A stretch of 46,466 nucleotides of DNA from Octopus bimaculoides (GCF_001194135.2 NC_068997.1:14697716-14744181), one strand, 5' to 3'; counted from the stretch's first letter, positions 34,503-46,392 are shown. The notes: generated from the letters alone by a model not told the origin. A program made the numbers and translations.

Positions 34503-35961
34503 GATTTGACTCAGGCTCGTTCTTATTCCTGGTAGAATTTAGGTGGGCAGCTGGTTATTACCTGTAACCTTTGGTATCCACAATCTGTCAATAGTCTTTC
34601 AAGTGCTTAGAACCCTCCTGATAATCTTTCCTGTCCCTAAGAGGCAAACTTTCAGCAGAAGCTCTACAAGACATTCCATCCCAATCTCCTCCAACCATTT
34701 GTCTATATCTTTGCTTACAGTTCCCAATGCACCAATTTTTATCAGCACAACCTTTACACTTCCCATTTTCCAAATCCTTGCAGTTTCAAATTTTAAGGGG
34801 TTGCATTTTTTTTTTTCTTGTTTTCTGTCCTCTTTCTTTACAATCCTGGAATCAAATGGAAACAGTGGATCAATTAGTAGGCAACTTCACTTTCCCTTGT
34901 ATATTATTGTTAAGTTTGATCTATTATTTTCAGGTTCTTGTCTATTTGATTAGAAAAGACCTGCAGAATCTCACAATTATTTGACTCCAGCATTACAATT
35001 CTTACAATTCTTTGCCTCCATTTCTTATATTCTTTATGTGCCAACTAGGGACATTCTGCAACAATCTATGCCACTGTCTCATTCTAAGTTCCACTCACAT
35101 TACATTTTTCTGACACATTCTCCTCATATACATTTTCTCTCATGTTGTTTGTTTTCATTGCTTGATCCTGGGCTGCTACAATGAAGTTCCCAGTTTCTCT
35201 TTTTAATTTTTTTTTTTAACCAAGCCCAGGATTTTATTCCACATACATCTTCAGTGGCTCTCCAAAATTGACCATGCGGAGGTTTCTCTTCAATCTGTCT
35301 AACGTGCTCTCTTTGTATTTCATTCTTGTCCTTTTTCTCCCATTCAACACTCAATCCTTATTCACCATCTTTAATAAATTCCCTGTGTTGTTCTGTAAAT
35401 ATTCTAATAGGCTTTTTGTTTACATCTGTACACATTCTTCCACAGAAATTAAGCCTCTTCCACTCTAATCTCTCTTCAGGTACAACCAGTTGATTTCAGC
35501 TTTGAGAAGGTGGGCTCCATACATTGTCAAAAGCTTTCTAGTTTTCCTGTCAAGTTTCTTTATGTCTTTTTTGGTCCAGTCTACAATTCCAACTCCATAT
35601 CTAATTACGGGTACTGCTCATGCATTTATTGCTCCAATAACATTCTTTTGCCTTCAGCTTTCACTGCAGTAATCTTCTCAGCCTCCTTCTATACTCCCTA
35701 TTGGTAATTTGCTTCATTTCTTCATGATTAATTTCATCTGCTTCTAGTATCCCCAAATACCCACACCACTGATCTTTCCCAACCACTTTCACTGTTTACC
35801 CATTTGGCACCTCAATTCCTTGGCTTCCTTCAAGTCTTCCTTATTTCATTTTCAAGATAGGGCACATTTTGACCCCAAATTCCATACCTACATCATTTGA
35901 GAAAATGTGAAAAGTATGTATGAGATTTTCAAGCAGTTTCTCATTCTTCACATAATTGATA
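34503..35961 (-). mobile_element. 5'-truncated R4/Dong-clade non-LTR retrotransposon: RT C-terminus, CCHC region, RLE and about 96-nt 3' UTR
   Basis: FSNDVGMEFGV; YLGILEADEI; EEKPPHGQF...SWAWLK; VAECP*LAHKEYK; CLLIDPLFPFDSRI; RIWKMGSVKVVLIKIGALGTVSKDIDKWLEEIGMECLVELLLKVCLLGTGKIIRRVLST* (stop at 34599-34601). Many stops and frameshifts. Confidence 0.92.
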
Positions 35962-35973
35962 TTGTTGTTGTTG

Positions 35974-36058
<85 letters not shown>

Positions 36059-36059
36059 C
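35962..36059. repeat. (GTT)n-(ATT)n microsatellite at the LINE 5' junction
   Basis: Direct reading. Confidence 0.95.
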
Positions 36060-36661
36060 AACTAGTAATTGTATTTTAGTTCCTTAACAAATAGAATTAG
36101 ATACTATTTTGTCATTCCTAGCTTATTAGCTGATTACCATTCCCAAAACTACTGTTAACCCAACCACAGTTCCCAACACCAGTAACAGTACATCAGCNNN
36201 NNNNNNNNNNNNNNNNNNNNNNNNNNNNNNNNNNNNNNNNNNNNNNNNNNNNNNNNNNNNNNNNNNNNNNNNNNNNNNNNNNNNNNNNNNNNNNNNNNNN
36301 NNNNNNNNNNNNNNNNNNNNNNNNNNNNNNNNNNNNNNNNNNNNNNNNNNNNNNNNNNNNNNNNNNNNNNNNNNNNNNNNNNNNNNNNNNNNNNNNNNNN
36401 NNNNNNNNNNNNNNNNNNNNNNNNNNNNNNNNNNNNNNNNNNNNNNNNNNNNNNNNNNNNNNNNNNNNNNNNNNNNNNNNNNNNNNNNNNNNNNNNNNNN
36501 NNNNNNNNNNNNNNNNNNNNNNNNNNNNNNNNNNNNNNNNNNNNNNNNNNNNNNNNNNNNNNNNNNNNNNNNNNNNNNNNNNNNNNNNNNNNNNNNNNNN
36601 NNNNNNNNNNNNNNNNNNNNNNNNNNNNNNNNNNNNNNNNNNNNNNNNNNNNNNNNNNNNN

Positions 36662-36696
<35 letters not shown>

Positions 36697-36728
36697 GTTT
36701 CCATGAATATGTGTGCATGAATGTTTGG

Positions 36729-36759
<31 letters not shown>

Positions 36760-37114
36760 CATGCATGTACATATGTATGTATGCATATATGTCTTTGGAG
36801 TTAGATATCACTTTAAACTCCACTATGCAAAGAACGTCAAGTGAGAAACTATAAAAACATAATAATCTACATCAATAAAATAGGTATGATGGCTATCAAA
36901 CACCAATTTTCTAAATACAGTATCACAGAATAGGTTTTTCTATGTAACAGAAAACAAACTTCAAATTGCATATGATTCAATTAAAAACTATTTTGCTTTA
37001 TACTACTCACACGCACAAAATCATATATATATATATTTAAAGAAGCATATGTATAAATATATATGTAAATAGTAAACATATATATGTATATATATATGTA
37101 TGTATGTAATAATC

Positions 37115-37153
<39 letters not shown>

Positions 37154-37269
37154 TATATGTAGATATATTTGTACGTATGTATATATGTATATAAGTATAT
37201 AAGTATGCATGTACCTATCTGTCTATCTATCTATCTTTATATGTGTGTGTATGTGTGTGTGTAGGTAGG

Positions 37270-37347
<78 letters not shown>

Positions 37348-37879
37348 AATGCTTATGTATCATTATTGTTATTATTCCTATTGTTGCCCATAAACATCAT
37401 CATCATCCTCCCCCTCCTCCTCATCATCATCATCACCATGAACATCATCGACAGCAGCATCAGCAGCTGCAGATATAGTATCGTTATTGTTGCTGTTGTT
37501 TTGCTTTGTTTACTGTCTAGTTTTCTGTTTTGAGATGTGAGTTAAACCATCATATCTGCCATATTCAATTTTATGTTATTTATGATGTGTTTATTGAGTT
37601 TTTGATGTGCTTTCGCCAACCCTGTTTCCCACTCTACCCCATCTCACTACACTGTCAATGCACTAAGCCACTCTACTCTTTCACTTACTCTCTATTATAC
37701 CACACCACACTATCACTGCACCATACTACATAGACTACACCACACTAGGCCCATACTATGCCAAAACCATGCTCTGGTGTGCCACACTGCTAGGTCTTAT
37801 TCTGTATGTGTTCTGGTCTGTTTATGTGGAAACAAAAATCTGTGTAGCAAAAATTGATCTTATCTTGCAGTAAAATAAA

Positions 37880-38335
37880 GAGAGAGAGAGAGAAAATGAG
37901 AGTGAAAATGCAAGATAGTGAAAGTGAGCGAGAGAGATCAAAGATGAAGAAATACAACAGACACTTGATATTATAAAGGTATAAAGGGAATTGATAAGAG
38001 AGTGGGGAGAGGAAAGAAAAATAAGGGAAAATGTGTATAAAAAGAGAAAGAGAGAGGGGGAGGGAGGGAGGGAGAGAGAATGAAGGAAAGATGTAAGTAA
38101 ATAAAGAGTGAAAGTGGAGAGAAGAAAAGAACAGTACCATCGTTAATTGAAGGAAATCTGGAAGGTGATAGTGAAGAATGGTGAATGAGAAAAAGTGAAG
38201 GATGAGAGTGTTTGTGAGAAAGTTCAGTGAATGAGAGAATAGAGATGAAGAAATTGAATGTAAGAAAAGAAAGGGGGAAGAGGGAAAAAGGAAAGGTAAG
38301 AGTGGGTGAAACAGATTGAGGAGTATGTGAGAGAT

Positions 38336-38377
<42 letters not shown>

Positions 38378-38650
38378 AGAGAGAGAGAGTTAGAGAAGAG
38401 AAAGAATGAAAGGCTTGGTAAAAGAATGGGAAGGAAAAAAGATTGAGGGTGGAAGAAATGGCAACGAGGGAGAAGAGAAAGTGGTACAGAGGGAAGGATG
38501 TGGGTTGACAGTGTCAGCAAACAGATAGAGATAGCTGGAGAGAGAAAGAGAGAAAGAGAGAGAGTAACAGAGACGAAGATAAAGATAGATAGATAGAGAG
38601 AGATAGAGAGAGAGTTGAGGAGAGGGGCACAAGGGGTGGAGGGGAGGCAT
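37880..38650. repeat. Extended purine-rich (GA/GAA) low-complexity region
   Basis: Direct reading. Confidence 0.85.
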
Positions 38651-38943
38651 GCAAAAAGCTAGTAGTCTTCATTAAGAGTAAATTTAATTATTTCTATTGA
38701 GACTACACTGACTGTCTAAAGTTGAGTAACAGCTGGACTAATTTGTTTATCTTTACAACTTAAAATTAAGTTTAGCATCTCAGCTCAACAAGCGTAATTC
38801 GATTTCATTGCGCCAAAGACAGTAACACAAAGTTCTATTAACCAGTTTAAACAATCAGCAGCAGACAGTGAGATTCCAAACCCATCAATTTGTTCTTGGA
38901 AAATGGTGGAGAGGGAAATTTTATACTCTTCAGATTAACTATG

Positions 38944-38985
<42 letters not shown>

Positions 38986-39389
38986 AATAATATAATGACA
39001 ATGATAATAATAATAATGAAAGTAGAACTGTATTTTATTTTATTTTATTTTATAATATTGTAAAAAAAAAATGATTCTTTTGCAAAACAGTTATGTCAAA
39101 AACCTTGTCAGTGGAATTACTTGATTGACGAAAACATTAAAGACAGAAGTTTAAAATTAAAAGAAACAAATAAAGGAAAAGAAAAAAGCAAAATAGAAAT
39201 AAAACAGAGGAGAGATGAAATGAGAGGAACAAAGAAAGTTAGAAACAGAGAAGATTCGCACACACATTTTATATGTGTATATATATATATTTATTATATA
39301 TGTAAAAAACATCGATGAAACATACATATAGAATATATACATATGTAATATATATGTATATATACACATGTATATATATACATATGCAT

Positions 39390-39420
<31 letters not shown>

Positions 39421-39763
39421 CGTAAATACACACATATGTATGTATATACATATGTATCTGTATATATATATATTATGTAAATATTTATGTGGTTGTGTAT
39501 GTATGTGCGTATGTGTGTATGTGTATGTTTTGTGTGTGTGTGTGTATGTGTATGTTCATACAGATAAAAATAGGTACATCTATAAATGCAATAAAAAACG
39601 TAATAGAAAAATAATTAAATATATAAAGCTAAAAATAAAAAAAGAAAGACAAGTTCATAGGAGTGAATTAAACAAAGGTGTAGGAATATATTCAGGTAGT
39701 AAATTGAAAAAAGAAAGAAAAGCAAAATAACTGAGAGCAAAATAATTTTTTTTTATAACAATA

Positions 39764-39811
<48 letters not shown>

Positions 39812-40197
39812 TAACAAAATAATCTGAACCGAATAAAAATTATGACATGAAATGAAAGAAAGAGGAGTCATGAAAAATATAATGAGTGAAACACACCTTG
39901 CAAAAACAAAGACTGTTTTTTGTGAAATATGTTCATGTTGATAAAGTTATTGTAGACCTTTGCCTCTTCATTGTAATTCACAACAAAGTACAACCGAAAA
40001 TAAAGTACGGCATTTAAGACTCATTAACATTTTTGACTAAATAAACGCAATTTTAATGTTCATAAGGTTCTTTTTTTGATATTATTTCTGTTGCCTCTCT
40101 AAACACTCTTTCTTGCATAGAAATTATTTGAAATATATTGTTATAGACATACCTCCTTCTTTTCATTCTCTTTCTTTGTATGTATGGATATGTATGA

Positions 40198-40253
<56 letters not shown>

Positions 40254-40402
40254 ATATGTATACATATAGTGTTATATATGGATTCATAGAACCGTTTTGC
40301 TATCATAGATAGCTCTTCTACTGGACCCAGCTAACAGAACACACACACACACACGCACATATATATATATATTTAAGTATGTATGTATATACTTACATAT
40401 GC

Positions 40403-40499
40403 TTATATGATCCTGATGAAGCTGCACTGATAATATTGCAAGGTAGCATTTGCAACAATAAATAGTCACCGCAGCAGAAACATGTGTAGGTCATTATAA
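40403..40499 (+). ncRNA. Type I minimal hammerhead ribozyme, Penelope-associated type
   Basis: CTGATGA 40413-40419; stem II GCTGC/GCAGC (40421-40425/40471-40475); GAAA 40477-40480; stem III C-ATGT-G; GTA cleavage triplet 40486-40488; stem I ATGATC 40407-40412 pairs with GGTCAT 40489-40494. Confidence 0.8.
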
Positions 40500-40575
40500 T
40501 ATGCTACATATAATTATAAAATAATTGTTGTGGATGTACAAGTCCCCATACTCTTGCTTATTACTGTTAATATTA

Positions 40576-40613
<38 letters not shown>

Positions 40614-40989
40614 TAATGTATATATATGTGGGTGTATATACATGTACATATTTATATGTGTGTGTATGTGCATATGCATATGTGTGTGCATGCATTTGTG
40701 TGTGTGTATGTATGAATATACATACAACTCTGCTTTTGCTCTCAATACTAGAGGATGGTTTAGAAGCATATTTTCTGTTATTGCCTGCCTTTGATCTATG
40801 GTTATCCTTCTGCTTTAACCTCGTTATTTGCTTGGTTGTCAGGAGAGTTTCTCCAATTTATGGGTACACACCTTTTATCATCTTTTACTTGTTTTGGACA
40901 TTGTTCTATGGCCAGCTGGGCCATCCAAATGATAGCTTCTATGATCATTAATAGTATCAGGGAGATTAGTTTTTAGTCCCTATGTAGTT

Positions 40990-41400
40990 TTGTTTTTATT
41001 TAGATATTGACTAGAAGGATGGTAGAATTTCTTTCTACATTCTTTAGTTTTTATGTAGTGCAAATGTTTTCAGTTCAGTTTCTTTGATATTAGAAGGAAT
41101 ATATGTAATTTATCTGTAAATCCATTTCTTTTTAGTGCCTTGCAATATTCAGTATGAGCATTATCTATTTGTTCATTAGCCAACAATTTAGAAATCCTAA
41201 ATGAAATATTCCTAATAAGATTATCTATAATAGACATAGGATGATTAGATTGTTTGTGTATGCAATGTAAATTTTTTTTGGCTTATGATAACATCAGTGT
41301 AAGTTGCTATTTACATTGAGAGTAACATAGGAAAATTTAACTTTTTAGTATAAGAATTTAAAATATTTAGTATTAATATAGAAACAAAATGAAAATCCAA
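40990..41400 (-). mobile_element. Penelope-like element RT C-terminal fragment
   Basis: KVKFSYVTLNVNSNLH*CYHKP/NLHCIHKQSNHPMSIIDNLIRNISFRISKL/ANEQIDNAHTEYCKALKRNGFTDKL matches the PLE pattern FLDVTLNL...PYHKP...YIHKQSNHP..II..L...IS.RIS.LS. Confidence 0.75.
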
Positions 41401-41713
41401 CTTATTTAAAATTAATATAAAAGTGGAGGTGAACAACAAGAATGAGAACTAGGATGAGGAAGGTGAGGAAGATGGGGAGGACAATAGTATGAATAAATTG
41501 AAGAATAATGAAAGTGAATGACTACAGTTGGGGTTATTTTTCCAAAATTACCTGAAGATTTCCTGGAAAAGGGATGTTAGTATTGTGTTCCATAAACCCA
41601 TAGGCTACAGAGACACCCCTAAAGAATTTGTGTTTCAGGCTGTGCATAGTGGAATGGTCACTTGTTGCCTTCTCCAAACTATATTCAATGACCTTTCTTT
41701 TTCTCTTTTATAG

Positions 41714-41758
41714 TTCTGCCACTGCATTGCAACAATGAACTTTCGGTACTCATTCGTT
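41714..41758 (+). other. Candidate 45-nt exon
   Basis: Very strong acceptor (ctttctttttctcttttatag) and donor (GTT|gtaagt). Two open frames: FCHCIATMNFRYSFV or LPLHCNNELSVLIR. Confidence 0.35.
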
Positions 41759-42659
41759 GTAAGTTGTGCCTCTGACAGAAACAGCACCAAGTGACAAGAT
41801 ACAAACTACTGCTTTCTTGGTGTTGAATATTTTATTAACTAAGACATTTATTACTCTCTTATGCAAGCACGGTTTAATGAAATATCTTGCTGAACAAACA
41901 CATCATATTACCTTTTGTCATTAAAAAAAAATAGAAAAACACTTTATTCTTCCTTCCATTTAGTTTTAATTCCTTACATGCGAAATTTTGTTTATTATTA
42001 GCTCTGATGTTTTGCTGAAAATTGATATTTTTGATTAGATTTTCTATATTCCTAGCAATGATGTCTAATAAATTCCTCTTTATACTTTTCTTTTACTTGC
42101 GTTAGGCCTCATAGCATAAAAAAAAACACAATCTTTCTTTTATGCTGCAATGTGAAGACATTAGAAGAGCGAGGTATCACCCATCTCATCCCATGATTGC
42201 ACATCTAATGATAACTATATTAAAAGCTAGAAAATTAGCTGTTAATGCAGATATGATCAGAATGTACCCATTAGATGAAGAACTAGCAACATCCTGTTAT
42301 TCTCACCCTACCACTCTCTCTCTCCCTTTCCCTCTCTCTCTCTCCATCTCTCTCCCTCTCTCCCCCTCTCTCTCTCTCCCTCTCTCTCTCTCTCTGTACT
42401 TTACTTGAAACGTGTATTTGCAATTATTTGGAATTAACAACAAAGTTTTAAGAATTTCATTTCTAAGAGGTTTAGCTTTATAACTTCACTAAATAAAGAC
42501 GTTAGAAAAATAATACAAAAATTAATAAAACCATCAGTGACAGAAAATTTATAAAAATCAAAATTTGTTCAATTTTTGAAGCATTATTTTTTTTTTTAGA
42601 CTGTTTCTATTGCTATTGTTTTTGTCATGGTTCCTGCAATATTTGTTGTTAGCAATTTT

Positions 42660-42800
42660 TTGTGCCAATATTTTTCCAACAGCCATAGCTGTGTGGTTAA
42701 GAAGTTTGCTTCCAAGCCATTTGATCTTGGGTTCAATCTCCTTGTGTAGCCCCTTGGGTAATTGTCTTCTACTATAACACCAAGCCAATCAAAGTATATA
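42660..42800 (+). mobile_element. SINE family B head
   Basis: TAGCTGTGTGGTTAAGAAGTTTGCTTCC...GGGTTCAATCTCC...TGTCTTCTACTATA. Confidence 0.8.
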
Positions 42801-42809
42801 TATATATAT

Positions 42810-43100
42810 CGTTTACCTTTTATTTGTGTGAGTCATTAATTGTAGCCATGCTGGAGCAGCATCTTGAAAGGATGCAAATACACCAACACTGGATGCGAAG
42901 CTGTGATGGGGAGGGGGTAACAGACATAAGCACACACATATATATACTGCGGGCTTCTTTCAGTTTCTATCTACCAACTCTACCCGCAAGGATTCGGTTG
43001 GCCCAAGGCTATAGTAGATGCCCAAGGTGCTACACAATGGGACTGAACACATAACCATGTGGTTGTGTGATAACCACTTTTTACCACACATCTATGCCTG
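42810..43100 (-). mobile_element. SINE family B copy, diverged
   Basis: GCCATGCTGGAGCAGC...GGGCTTCTTTCAGTTTCT...GGGACTGAAC. Confidence 0.8.
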
Positions 43101-43164
43101 CGCCTATATATCTACATATATATATATGTATATATATGTATATATATATGTGTGTGTATATATA

Positions 43165-43264
<100 letters not shown>

Positions 43265-43390
43265 CTACCATCATCAAACATCCGATTTCCATGCTGGCAT
43301 GGGTTAGACGGTTTGACTGGAACTGGTAAGTTGGAGAGTGGCACCAGGTTCCAGTTTGATTTGGCATGGTTTCTACGGCTGGATGGCTGA
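43265..43390 (-). mobile_element. SINE family A 3' end
   Basis: CATCATCAAACATCCGATTTCCATGCTGGCATGGGTTAGACGG. Confidence 0.85.
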
Positions 43391-43529
43391 CATACTAATA
43401 AAAGATCAAAGTTACCTAACTAAATACCTTTAAGTTAGTAGTCAAATAGTACATGCCCATTGCCCTTTGTTTTATATGCTAATTCTAGTACACTGGGTTC
43501 TATCTAGTACATCGGTATTATAGTTACCA

Positions 43530-43893
43530 TAGCACCATTTGAGTGTGATCGTTACCAACGTCGCCCTCCTGGCACTTGTGCCAGTGGCACGTGTAAAGAC
43601 ATTCGAGCGAGGTCATTGCCAGTACTGCTGGACTGGCTCCTGTGCAGGTGGCATGTAAAATACACCATTTCGAGCGTAGCCATTGCCAGTACCTCCTGAC
43701 TGGCCTTCGTGCCGGTGGCACGTAAAAGCACCCACTACGTTCTCGGAGTGGTTGGCGTTAGGAAGGGCATCCAGGTGTAGAAACTCTGCCAAATCAGATT
43801 GGAGCCTGGTGTAATCATCTGGTTCACCAGTCCTCAGTCAAATCGTCCAACCCATGCTAGCATGGAAAGTGGACGTTAAACGATGATGATGAT
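43530..43893 (+). mobile_element. SINE family A copy, well preserved
   Basis: Subrepeats, core and 3' end CCCATGCTAGCATGGAAAGTGGACGTTAAACGATGATGATG. Confidence 0.92.
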
Positions 43894-44009
43894 TGTTTCT
43901 CAAGTAAACTTTATATCCAGTTTGTTGTTACTGGTATCACTAATATTGTTGTAATGATAAATCGTTAAACATATCCAGCATCTGCATTTTTCAATTGCTA
44001 TGATCTCAC

Positions 44010-44225
44010 TTAAATAGATACAGGGGCCTGAGAGGTCGCTGACAGTTTGTACCAACTGCCATCGAGCACTCAGGAGTTCTTGGTCTCTGTTGCTACCAAT
44101 TGCCTCCACAAAATTAGGATAATGGCAGCCCATCTGAGAAACGGGCAATGCAAGGTTGAGTGGCCACTGTAGCAAGTGTCACTGGTCATTCTTCATGGCA
44201 GCACCATCATGTTCATGACCACAGG
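44010..44225 (+). mobile_element. CRE-like non-LTR retrotransposon RLE C-terminal fragment
   Basis: NRYRGLRGR*QFVPTAIEHSGVLG/...EWPL*QVSLVILHGSTIMF resembles the CRE-type pattern KY..L..RY.FVP.AVET.GV.G...EWL.QR.SLAI.RGNA. Confidence 0.55.
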
Positions 44226-45114
44226 GCGTGGCAGAGCATGCCATTTGTTCCATCTTCTGCTGCTTAACCCACCTCTTTTTTTTCTGCTGTTATGTTTCCT
44301 CATAATTCAATCAATAAAAGTAGAAATGCATGAATTCGCAAAAAAAAAAAAGGATGATGCATTACTAAATGGATGATCCTAAAACTGTTTTCTACTTTCA
44401 CTTTCGTTTTTGTTTGACTTGCTGTTGCTATTTAATTCTATTCGTAATTACTTCTGATGACTTTGTTACTGTTGTTAAGCACTATTTCATTCCTCACTAT
44501 TATTTATCATAACCATTACTCAAACAGCTTGGTTAAGTGCCTCTGTTTTTAATCTGGTTTGCTTCATTGCTTGAATGTTTCTTTGAATGTTCACCCTAAT
44601 TACCAGCTATACACTGGGCCCATAACTCAGACAGTAAACACAACTTGCACAGCAAAAACCACAAAAGCTAAGACATCCCAATTTTGTTCTTTAAAAAACA
44701 ATGATTATTAAATCGAAATATCTTTTATTTTATCTACTTTCTTAATAAACGGTTTTAGAAAGTTACACAAATGAACCACTTCCTTTATTAAAATCAAAAA
44801 TCAATCAATCAAAAAGAAATGTAATTAAAATATACATTACAAAACACATAGTTTCATAGCAACAATTTCAGTTACATTGCAAAATAAATTTCAGTGCTGA
44901 CCACATACTTAGAAAAAAAAAAAATGTTGTCAATTTTTATTCAACAATTTCATGATTAATACTGGGTCAAATATCCTTTCTGATTATGTAATAAAATGGG
45001 AGGAGATTCAGATTTGTATAAAACTCTACAATTATTGCTTCAAATAAGTCGTTTATTTTTTAAATGGAAAAAAAAAATGAATATAGTAATTGCAAGAGCA
45101 ATTATATGTACATG

Positions 45115-45164
<50 letters not shown>

Positions 45165-46197
45165 TACATATGTACATACGTAATACATGTTTATATATGT
45201 GTGTGTGCATATAAATATGTGTATGCATATATATGTGTGTATATATATATATANNNNNNNNNNNNNNNNNNNNNNNNNNNNNNNNNNNNNNNNNNNNNNN
45301 NNNNNNNNNNNNNNNNNNNNNNNNNNNNNNNNNNNNNNNNNNNNNNNNNNNNNNNNNNNNNNNNNNNNNNNNNNNNNNNNNNNNNNNNNNNNNNNNNNNN
45401 NNNNNNNNNNNNNNNNNNNNNNNNNNNNNNNNNNNNNNNNNNNNNNNNNNNNNNNNNNNNNNNNNNNNNNNNNNNNNNNNNNNNNNNNNNNNNNNNNNNN
45501 NNNNNNNNNNNNNNNNNNNNNNNNNNNNNNNNNNNNNNNNNNNNNNNNNNNNNNNNNNNNNNNNNNNNNNNNNNNNNNNNNNNNNNNNNNNNNNNNNNNN
45601 NNNNNNNNNNNNNNNNNNNNNNNNNNNNNNNNNNNNNTATATATACACTATATATACTGTTTTAAAATGCATCATTGGATGTGCCCTGGCATAGACTGAT
45701 TCAATAATTTGAAGAGAAAAAAAAAAACTGATGTGACAAAGTAAACCAAAATTGATAAATAACCACGTTAGAGTAGATATGAGTAAATTTCTCAATAAAT
45801 AAATTGAATTATTCATCATGTGTTGGAGTGAGTCACATTTTACAGGTTATATACACTCATCTGTTCAGTCGCACACATGGATACAAATGCATACACACTC
45901 CTACACGCATATTTGTACATGTATGCTGTTTACTTGGGTATCTATGCCATCATGTATGCGTGTGTGTGGGTGTGTGTGTGTGTGTGTGCATACGGGTGTG
46001 CATGTGTAATTTGTGTATGCATAAGTGCATGTGTACATATATATTTATAGCATATATCTTAACATGTACATGTGTGTTTTATATATATATATGTTATATA
46101 TACATTTTATATATACATACAGATATATATGTATTCATACATGCATACACACACACACACACACAGAGATATATATACTCATATATATATACATATA

Positions 46198-46242
<45 letters not shown>

Positions 46243-46259
46243 ATACAAATGTTTATCGA

Positions 46260-46321
46260 TTCATAGATAAATAGGTAGATAGATACATTGATAGACAGAT
46301 AGATAGATGAACAGATAGATG

Positions 46322-46370
<49 letters not shown>

Positions 46371-46392
46371 GTAGATAGATAGATAGATAGAG

